The notes beneath the pieces are model-generated. The model did no database searches. It saw nothing but the letters and a program-made list of their open reading frames with translations, and was not told where the DNA came from. A DNA stretch of 39,981 nucleotides from Nitrospirota bacterium. GTDB lineage: Bacteria; Nitrospirota; Nitrospiria; Nitrospirales; NS-4. The stretch lies in NCBI GenBank assembly GCA_005877505.1, contig VBOO01000060.1, forward strand, positions 1 through 39,981, in the 5' to 3' direction. Position 1 is the first letter of the stretch, and every line of letters begins with the position of its first letter. A program made the position numbers and the translations under genes. Positions 33,610 to 39,981 of this stretch are shown here, piece by piece.

Positions 33610-34718
33610 TCATGGGAGAAACGCCCATGCGAAACGCCTCGACGAAAGGAACCGGTGTTCACATCATGGTTGTCGCCCCGACTCTCGATATCCTGGGCGG
33701 CCAAGCGGTCCAGGCGCACGCGCTGGCTACGGCGCTCAAAAACGAAGGCTATGCGGTGACGTTTCTTCCCGTCAACCCGAGGTTTCCGGCCGGACTGCAG
33801 TGGCTCCGTCGCTATCCCTATGTGCGAACCCTTTTGAACCAAGCGCTCTATTGCCCGAGCCTCGTGCGCCTCCGTTGGACCGATGTCGCGCATGTTTTCT
33901 CGGCGTCTTACTGGTCGTTTTTGCTGGCCCCGGTGCCTGCGATCGTGGCTGGACGGCTGATGGGGAAGCGAGTCGTGCTCAACTACCGGAGCGGTGAGGC
34001 CGAGGACCACCTGTCACGATGGGGTGTGCTCGTCCACCCTTGGCTGCGCTTGGCTGATGAAATCGTGGTCCCCTCGGAGTACCTTCGTGGGGTCTTCGCG
34101 CGTCATGGGTATCGGGCCCGGGTCATCCGGAACGTGGTGGACACCTCGCGCTACCACTACCAGGAGCGCTCGCCATTGCGCCCTCACCTGCTGTCTACAC
34201 GGAACTTGGAGCCGTACTACCGCGTGGATGTCACCCTGGAGGCGTTTGCGCTTCTCAAGGCCCGGTATCCAGACGCCACCTTGACAGTCGCGGGAGGCGG
34301 GAGCGAAGAGGGTCGGCTCCGCCGGTTGGCTGCCTCGCTCGGCGCCGGCGGCATTCGCTTCGTCGGGCCGGTCGAGCCTCCGGCGATTCCGCGCCTGTAT
34401 CAGGAGGCCGATGTCTTCGTGAACTCCTCCGTCCTCGACAACCAGCCGGTCTCGGTCTTGGAGGCGTTCGCGTCGGGACTTCCCGTGGTGTCCACGGGGA
34501 TCGGGGATATTTCTTCCATGGTTCGCGATGGAGAAACCGGTCTGATCGTTCCTCCAAGGGACCCGGCTGCGATGGCCAGGGCCGTGACCAGCCTCCTGGA
34601 GAATCAGGATCGCGCGTTGCGCATGGCCCGTCGCGCAAGACAGGAGGTCGAACAGCACTATACCTGGCCGCGGGTGCGTGAGGAGTGGGCGGCGGTGTAC
34701 TCGGGAAAGAGGGCCTAG
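33606..34718 (+). CDS. GT4 (group 1) glycosyltransferase
   Basis: The ATG at 33606 overlaps the AsnB stop (ATGA). ..VHIMVVAPTLDILGGQAVQAHALATAL.. and the E-x7-E region ..DNQPVSVLEAFASGLPVVSTGIGDISSMVRDGETGLIVPPRD... Confidence 0.88.
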   Translation: MIMGETPMRNASTKGTGVHIMVVAPTLDILGGQAVQAHALATALKNEGYAVTFLPVNPRFPAGLQWLRRYPYVRTLLNQALYCPSLVRLRWTDVAHVFSASYWSFLLAPVPAIVAGRLMGKRVVLNYRSGEAEDHLSRWGVLVHPWLRLADEIVVPSEYLRGVFARHGYRARVIRNVVDTSRYHYQERSPLRPHLLSTRNLEPYYRVDVTLEAFALLKARYPDATLTVAGGGSEEGRLRRLAASLGAGGIRFVGPVEPPAIPRLYQEADVFVNSSVLDNQPVSVLEAFASGLPVVSTGIGDISSMVRDGETGLIVPPRDPAAMARAVTSLLENQDRALRMARRARQEVEQHYTWPRVREEWAAVYSGKRA

Positions 34719-34729
34719 CGAGGTCAGTC

Positions 34730-36487
34730 ATGGCGATCGATCAGGCAACACCATCCAAGGGCCCGGACAGCGCGCCAACTCCGGGCTCGAGTCCGCTGCG
34801 AGTGGTAGTCTTTACGGCAGGGCCGTTGGCCTCGATCAATCAGGTCTTCTTCCAAAGACTTGCCAGTGACACGCTGCTGGACTTCCGCGGCGTCATCGTC
34901 GACGAATATCAGAGACCGCGAAAGCCGCTGGTCATGCGTCTGCTCCGTGGACTCCGCGAGGAAGGCTGGCCTTGGCTTTGGTTCAAAGTTGCCACGGGAT
35001 TGGCGGCGCTCATCCAGCGAGCGGCACTATCACTGTTCGAACGTGCACACAGGAGAAGGGGGCGGGATGAGTCGTACGAGACGTTCTCCCGGGAGACCGG
35101 GATCTCCGTGTATCGCGTCCACGACATTCATCAAGAAGAGAGCCTCAGGCTGATCAGGTTACTGCAGCCGCAGCTCGGGGTGATCGTCGGAGGCCGGATC
35201 CTTCACGACGCCGTCACCACGATCCCGGAATATGGCACGCTCAACATTCACAAGCGCAAGGTCCCTGAGTATCGCGGCGGCGGGCCCATGGGCTACTGGG
35301 AGGTGCTCGCCGGCGAACGCTCGATCGGCGTGACGATTCACTACGCAATCTCACAGGTCGATGCAGGGAATATTCTCGGAGAAGCCACGATCCCGATTGA
35401 AGAGTGCGATACCCTGAAGAGCCTCAAGATCAAGGCCGATATCCTCGGGGCACAACTCTACCACGACACCATCAGAAGCGTTGCGTTGGGTCTGCGCAAG
35501 GGAACGCCCCAGGATACATCACGCGGGAAGACGTACCGGGCACCGAGCGAGTTCAAGGTGTGGCAACTTGAAAAGCACCTGAAGCAGAAAGCAGCCAAGG
35601 TAATGCCATGTTTGCGGGGCCGTCCGCCATGGCTGGTAAGGATGCGACTGCTTGTGCAGTATGTGATGTTACTTCCTTTGCTCCTTGCCGTCAGGAAGCG
35701 GTTGCGCACGCGCCACAGTTCTCCGGTCTGTATTTTCTTTTACCACGTGGTTGCAAATCACCCGGTCAACCACATGTGTCTGCCATTCGAGGTGTTTGTC
35801 GAGCAGATCGAGTTCCTCCGGCGCTACTGGGCGATCATCCCACTTGACGAAGCCATCGAGCGGCTCAGGTCCGGCAAGAACGATGAGATTGCCGTCGCGA
35901 TCACATTTGACGACGGCTACAAGGACAATGCCTGGGCGATCGAGTACCTGCGGTACTTGGGCGTCCCGGCGACGTTCTTCATCTCGATCGGTCACGTGCG
36001 CAATGGCAGCTCGTTCCAACACGATCTGCGACGCGGATTCACGGACGCGGCCCCACTGTCCCTCACCGAGCTGCAGCGGCTGGCGTCAGCAGAGTTCACG
36101 ATCGGCTCCCACGGCCTCTATCACGAGGACTTCGGCGCACTCGACTCCGAAGCCGCGGACCACGCCCTTCGGGAGAGCCGTCGCCTGATCACCGAAGTCA
36201 CCGGCCAGACCCCAACGCACTTTTCGTTTCCCAAGGGGCAACGGGTGACGAATATCACGCCGGACAGCTTCGCGCTGGCGCTCCGCCACTACCGCTACGT
36301 CTACTCCGCCTATGGTGGCTACAACTTTCCTTGCCCAGAGCGCCGCCATTTCCTCCGCATGGGCAACCCGGTCGGTGTGCTCGAGCTGGCAATGAGTATG
36401 GACGGATATAACGGATATACGGGACTGCGCCAGTGCCTTTCCGGAAACGCCTGGGGACTCAAGACCGATGCACTTTCTCCCTACTGA
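34730..36487 (+). CDS. fusion protein: formyltransferase domain + hydrophobic linker + NodB polysaccharide deacetylase domain
   Basis: The likely start is 34730 (MAIDQ..). The formyltransferase core ..GTLNIHKRKVPEYRGGGP.. (Asn-x-His) and ..YAISQVDAGNIL.. (Asp) are preserved. Hydrophobic segment ..LLVQYVMLLPLLLAV... NodB motifs ..VAITFDDGYKDNAWAIEYLRYLGVPATFFI.. and ..FTIGSHGLYHEDF... Confidence 0.8.
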   Translation: MAIDQATPSKGPDSAPTPGSSPLRVVVFTAGPLASINQVFFQRLASDTLLDFRGVIVDEYQRPRKPLVMRLLRGLREEGWPWLWFKVATGLAALIQRAALSLFERAHRRRGRDESYETFSRETGISVYRVHDIHQEESLRLIRLLQPQLGVIVGGRILHDAVTTIPEYGTLNIHKRKVPEYRGGGPMGYWEVLAGERSIGVTIHYAISQVDAGNILGEATIPIEECDTLKSLKIKADILGAQLYHDTIRSVALGLRKGTPQDTSRGKTYRAPSEFKVWQLEKHLKQKAAKVMPCLRGRPPWLVRMRLLVQYVMLLPLLLAVRKRLRTRHSSPVCIFFYHVVANHPVNHMCLPFEVFVEQIEFLRRYWAIIPLDEAIERLRSGKNDEIAVAITFDDGYKDNAWAIEYLRYLGVPATFFISIGHVRNGSSFQHDLRRGFTDAAPLSLTELQRLASAEFTIGSHGLYHEDFGALDSEAADHALRESRRLITEVTGQTPTHFSFPKGQRVTNITPDSFALALRHYRYVYSAYGGYNFPCPERRHFLRMGNPVGVLELAMSMDGYNGYTGLRQCLSGNAWGLKTDALSPY

Positions 36488-36511
36488 GCGGCACGGTACT
36501 AAGTCTGTTGC

Positions 36512-38794
36512 ATGCAAAGCCTGGGACTCATTGATGGGGATGGCGGCGTGAGGCTGCGACGGCTGTTAAGCATGGGGCCCACCGAGCTCGCCTGTCGCAG
36601 CCGGCAGGAGGTGTCGAAGTGGTTGGAACGGGCGAGTGTCGTCGGAAGAATGGATGGCCACACCCATGCCATCTTCCAAAAAATAGCGCCTGGGCCGGTC
36701 CTTGATGCGATCGAAGCCTTGGTCCGGAAGGGGGACTTCGGTGGTGCCGCTCACGTGCTGTTGGACCACTTCTGGACGGCTGCGTCTGGCCGGTTCTTCG
36801 AGGGCGTCGTGAGCGAACAGACTCCCGCCCTGTTCGCCGAACACCTGCCGGGGACTCGAAACCAGGCGATTGCCGCGGCCGAAGCAGTCTGCCAAATGCG
36901 TTTTGATTTATTAGGGTACCGCGGTCTCTTCTTTGGTGATCCCGTGGACTGGCACCTGGATCCGGTCTCGGGACGGCGGGCTCCGCTCACGCACTGGAGT
37001 CAGATCAATCCGCTTGATCTAACTGCCGTGGGAGACAGCAAAGTTGTCTGGGAACTGAACCGGCACCAGTGGCTCGTTTACCTCGGACAGGCCTATCGGC
37101 TGACCGGGGACGATCGCTATGCAGAGACATTCGTCAATCACCTCCGCGACTGGATACAGGCCAACCCTCCGGGCATGGGGATCAACTGGGCAAGTAGCCT
37201 GGAAGTCTCGCTCCGTCTGATCGCGTGGTGCTGGGCTCTGGCGCTGTTTCGAAACGCCCACGTGCTATCGCCAGAGTTCTTCGCCTCCCTGCTATCGGCG
37301 ATCCAGGCTCATGCGTTGCATGTCGAACGATATCTCTCCTATTATTTTTCGCCGAACACCCACCTGACCGGCGAGGCGCTGGGACTGGTGTATGCCGGAG
37401 TGGTGTTCCCTGAGCTGCGCGCGGCCGACCGCTGGCGGAAGGTAGGCACTCGGATCCTGATCGAGCAGAGTGAACGCCAAATCCTGGCAGACGGCGTGTA
37501 CTTTGAGCAGTCCGCTTGCTACCAGCGGTACACCGCCGAGATCTACCTCCATTTCCTCGTCCTGGCCGCTCGCAACGGCATCGAGATACCGACATCCGTC
37601 CAGGCGCGGATCCAGCAATTGCTCGATTTTCTCCTCGCGATTCGTCTTCCGGACGGATCGCTTCCCCAGATCGGCGATGCCGACGGCGGGTGGCTGCTGC
37701 CGCTTGCCAGACGGGCCCCCAATGACCCCAGAGGCGTTTTCGCCATCGGAGCGGCCCTCTTCGGCCGACCTGACTACGCGTGGGCGGCCGGACGTGTGAC
37801 ACCGGAAGTCCTGTGGCTGTTAGGGCCCTCAGGCCTGAAGGCCTATCAGCAGCTCCGTCCGGCGGCGCCTGCCATGGCACCTTCCCGCCTTTTTCCGGAA
37901 GGAGGCTATGCGATCATGCGGAGCGGGTGGGGATCGGACGCCCACCAGTTGATCTTCGACGTGGGACCTCTCGGCTGTCCGGTGAGCGGGGGGCACGGGC
38001 ATGCTGACCTCCTGAGCATCCAGTGCTCCGTCTTCGGCGAGCCGTACCTTGTGGATGCCGGAACGTACTGCTACACGGCCAACCCTGAGTGGCGGGACTT
38101 CTTCCGAAGCACCGCCGCCCACAGCACCATCCGGGTGGACGGTATCGAGCAAGCCGCCCCTGCCGGGCCATTTAAGTGGCAGTCCCGGCCTTGCGCTCGC
38201 TTACACCGGTGGCTTTCTACAGAGGCGCTCGATTGGGCGGATGCCGACCATGACGCCTATCGCACCATCCCCGATCCAGTGGTGCACCGTCGGCGAGTCC
38301 TTTTCGTCAAGGCCAGATACTGGGTCGTGGTGGACGACCTTGACGGAGCAGCCAATCACCAGGTGGAAGTCCGATTCCAGTTCGCGCCCTTAACCGTGCG
38401 CATGGACCCATCTGGATGGGTCAGAGTGCTGGGAGACCAAGGCCATGGGCTGCTGATTCGGGCTTTCGCAACCGTCCCCCTCAAGACCACGCTGCATGAA
38501 GGCCACCTGGCGCCGATCCAAGGGTGGTACTCGCCGGATTACGGTCAGCGTCGCCCGGCGCCCGCCCTGGAATACTCGACCGAGCCGCAGCTCCCGTGTC
38601 GGATCGTGACCCTCCTCGTTCCCGTGGAAGACCCCTTCGCACCTCCGCCGGCCGTCTTGCCAATCCTGACTGACAGTCCGCAAAAAAAGCAGGATCTCGC
38701 GGGTCTCGTCTTCGGGGACGGGCAAGAGAGCGTCCGCTTCAATGAGCCAGACGGCGTCACGGTTCTTCCATCGCGTGCTGTCGGTGCTCGCTGA
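36512..38794 (+). CDS. heparinase II/III-like (alginate-lyase-fold N-domain + Hepar_II_III C-domain) protein
   Basis: ..DWHLDPVSGRRAP.., ..VWELNRHQWLVYLGQAYRLTGDDRYAE..WIQANPPGMGINWASSLEVSLRLIAW.. and ..GGHGHADLLSIQ... No N-terminal signal peptide is visible. Confidence 0.85.
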   Translation: MQSLGLIDGDGGVRLRRLLSMGPTELACRSRQEVSKWLERASVVGRMDGHTHAIFQKIAPGPVLDAIEALVRKGDFGGAAHVLLDHFWTAASGRFFEGVVSEQTPALFAEHLPGTRNQAIAAAEAVCQMRFDLLGYRGLFFGDPVDWHLDPVSGRRAPLTHWSQINPLDLTAVGDSKVVWELNRHQWLVYLGQAYRLTGDDRYAETFVNHLRDWIQANPPGMGINWASSLEVSLRLIAWCWALALFRNAHVLSPEFFASLLSAIQAHALHVERYLSYYFSPNTHLTGEALGLVYAGVVFPELRAADRWRKVGTRILIEQSERQILADGVYFEQSACYQRYTAEIYLHFLVLAARNGIEIPTSVQARIQQLLDFLLAIRLPDGSLPQIGDADGGWLLPLARRAPNDPRGVFAIGAALFGRPDYAWAAGRVTPEVLWLLGPSGLKAYQQLRPAAPAMAPSRLFPEGGYAIMRSGWGSDAHQLIFDVGPLGCPVSGGHGHADLLSIQCSVFGEPYLVDAGTYCYTANPEWRDFFRSTAAHSTIRVDGIEQAAPAGPFKWQSRPCARLHRWLSTEALDWADADHDAYRTIPDPVVHRRRVLFVKARYWVVVDDLDGAANHQVEVRFQFAPLTVRMDPSGWVRVLGDQGHGLLIRAFATVPLKTTLHEGHLAPIQGWYSPDYGQRRPAPALEYSTEPQLPCRIVTLLVPVEDPFAPPPAVLPILTDSPQKKQDLAGLVFGDGQESVRFNEPDGVTVLPSRAVGAR

Positions 38795-38806
38795 GTTAGG
38801 GACAAC

Positions 38807-39631
38807 GTGATCAGGACAGGCTTTATCGGTGGAGCGCTAGGCTATCACCTCCTGCGCCATTTCGGCCGCCATGCCGCGCAGGGAGACCCGTGCGACGGGG
38901 GTGCCTACCGTGATCGCAGCAAGCTTGAGGCGATGTTCGGGCCTGGGATTTGGACTGCCGTGGCCGGAAAAGTGGTGATTGATTTCGGATGCGGCGTTGG
39001 GAAGGAGGCGATCGAATTCGCGCAGCACGGGGCGCGACAGGTCATCGGGATCGATATTCGAGAGAAGATGCTAACGCTGGCCCGGGCGGCCGCGGAGACG
39101 GCTGGGGTTTCCGATCGCTGCCTTTTTTGCACTCACATCAACGAGCAGGCCGATGTGATCATTTCACTGGATGCATTTGAACATTTCGACGATCCTGAAA
39201 AGATCCTGAAAATTATGAGAGGACTCGTGAAACCAACCGGGTGTGTGTACATCGCTTTCGGACCCACCTGGTTTCACCCGCTGGGAGGACATCTGTTCTC
39301 GGTCTTCCCCTGGGCGCATCTCATCTTTACTGAAAAAGCCTTCATCCGTTGGCGATCGGATTTCAAGTCTGACGGCGCGACACGCTTTTGTGAGGTGGAG
39401 GGAGGGCTGAATCAAATGACGATTCACCGCTTCCGGAAGATCCTTGCAAGGAGTGAGTTCGAAACTCAAAGCTTCGAGGCAGTTCCGATCCGACGAGTAC
39501 GCAGACTATCGAAATGGTTGCCCCGGGAGTTTTTTACATCAATTGTGCGGTGTAAACTGGTTCCGAGTGCAACGCCTTTAGGTCCGTTGGGGCACTACGA
39601 AGAGAACGTGCAGGTATGTGCGCAATCGTAG
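38807..39631 (+). CDS. class I SAM-dependent methyltransferase
   Basis: Motif I ..VVIDFGCGVGKEAIEF.., ..VIGIDI.. and ..IISLDAFEHFDDPEKILKIMRGLVKPTGCVYIAF... The GTG start at 38807 is uncertain. Noticeably lower G+C than the flanking genes. Confidence 0.8.
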   Translation: MIRTGFIGGALGYHLLRHFGRHAAQGDPCDGGAYRDRSKLEAMFGPGIWTAVAGKVVIDFGCGVGKEAIEFAQHGARQVIGIDIREKMLTLARAAAETAGVSDRCLFCTHINEQADVIISLDAFEHFDDPEKILKIMRGLVKPTGCVYIAFGPTWFHPLGGHLFSVFPWAHLIFTEKAFIRWRSDFKSDGATRFCEVEGGLNQMTIHRFRKILARSEFETQSFEAVPIRRVRRLSKWLPREFFTSIVRCKLVPSATPLGPLGHYEENVQVCAQS

Positions 39632-39981
39632 GCATCATCAAACTGGATCCCCGCGAACGCGTTGAGGAGTCGCGCCTCGTGCGCATGCGCGATGTCCTGC
39701 GCCATCGGGGGCCCGATGGGGAAGGGCTCTGGATCGAGGGGCCGGTGGGGCTGGGACACCGACGGCTGGCAATCGTGGACGTGGCCGGCGGGCACCAGCC
39801 GATGGCGAATGAGGATGAGACGGTCTGGATCGTCTTCAATGGGGAGATCTATAATCATGCCGCGATCCGTCCAGAACTCGAAGCGTGCGGGCATCGCTAT
39901 CGGACACGGAGCGACACGGAGACGATTCTCCATCTCTATGAGGAGGAGGGACCGCAGTGTGTTGAGCGCCTCCAGGGAATG
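39616..39981 (+). CDS. asparagine synthase family amidotransferase, paralogue 3 (3' end outside window)
   Basis: Not in the ORF track because it runs off the window. The ATG at 39616 gives MCAIVGIIKLD..HRGPDGEG..RRLAIVDVAGGHQPM..WIVFNGEIYNH..SDTETILHLYEE.. (122 codons, open to 39981). It overlaps the methyltransferase by 16 nt. Confidence 0.9.
   Translation, partial: MCAIVGIIKLDPRERVEESRLVRMRDVLRHRGPDGEGLWIEGPVGLGHRRLAIVDVAGGHQPMANEDETVWIVFNGEIYNHAAIRPELEACGHRYRTRSDTETILHLYEEEGPQCVERLQGM

Noticed and set aside
10612-34729. N-terminal extensions of the listed ORFs at 10612, 12052, 20650, 22531, 24847, 28334, 33570 and 34685
   Set aside because: The extensions overlap the 3' ends of the upstream genes in another frame and read as low-complexity sequence. 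Internal starts (10657, 12079, 20755, 22684, 25000, 28448, 33606, 34730) give canonical N-termini, and several form ATGA start/stop overlaps.
3033-39981. Calling the locus an exosortase (PEP-CTERM) EPS system
   Set aside because: The gene content resembles such loci, but no exosortase, PEP-CTERM protein, chain-length determinant or tyrosine kinase is present in the window. The label would be unsupported here.
1-39981. CRISPR arrays, tandem repeats, tRNA/rRNA genes, IS elements with inverted repeats or transposases, integrases, toxin-antitoxin or known defence genes
   Set aside because: Reading both strands showed no spaced identical repeats, no cloverleaf-like or rRNA-like segments, and no ORF with transposase, integrase, nuclease or defence motifs. 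The only repeats found are the gene-start duplications reported above.

Overview
All credible genes lie on the + strand. nt 3-2933 is the 3' ~90% of carB; hand-counted 60-nt lines there give about 42-52% G+C. After a 99-bp spacer the composition jumps to about 60-75% G+C. From there one tightly packed ~37-kb polysaccharide locus (EPS/O-antigen type, Wzx/Wzy-like) runs to the window end. It encodes a NodU/CmcH carbamoyltransferase with a DUF5989-like peptide, an O-antigen-ligase/polymerase-like membrane protein, 2 intact GT4 glycosyltransferases, a MOP flippase and an extended-SDR epimerase. It also encodes 3 AsnB-type amidotransferase paralogues (the third cut by the window edge), 2 NodB deacetylases (one fused to a formyltransferase), a heparinase II/III-like protein, a membrane-anchored SGNH protein, 2 SAM methyltransferases, 3 GNATs, 2 CelD/FemAB-like acyltransferases and a hexapeptide acetyltransferase. 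Embedded in it is a carrier-protein block: SsuD-like LLM monooxygenase, DltA-like adenylating enzyme, DltC-like carrier protein, DegT-like PLP enzyme, ATP-grasp ligase, class-B-like flavin monooxygenase and a 983-aa PRTase/kinase-like/HAD fusion. No rRNA/tRNA, CRISPR array, IS element or convincing terminator was seen. Four things stand out. (i) The carrier-protein/FemAB-like/ATP-grasp block looks like an undescribed aminoacyl/acyl decoration pathway for a glycan. (ii) The 983-aa protein is a tri-domain fusion. (iii) A formyltransferase is fused to a deacetylase. (iv) Several gene relics sit exactly at module junctions and mark the locus as a recombination mosaic: a dehydrogenase 3' end, an acetyltransferase 5' stub, a methyltransferase 5' stub, GT4 3' ends, and a duplicated epimerase 5' end now fused in frame to a GNAT. 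All family calls were made by eye from motifs. No database search was run, and the taxon cannot be assigned from the sequence alone.
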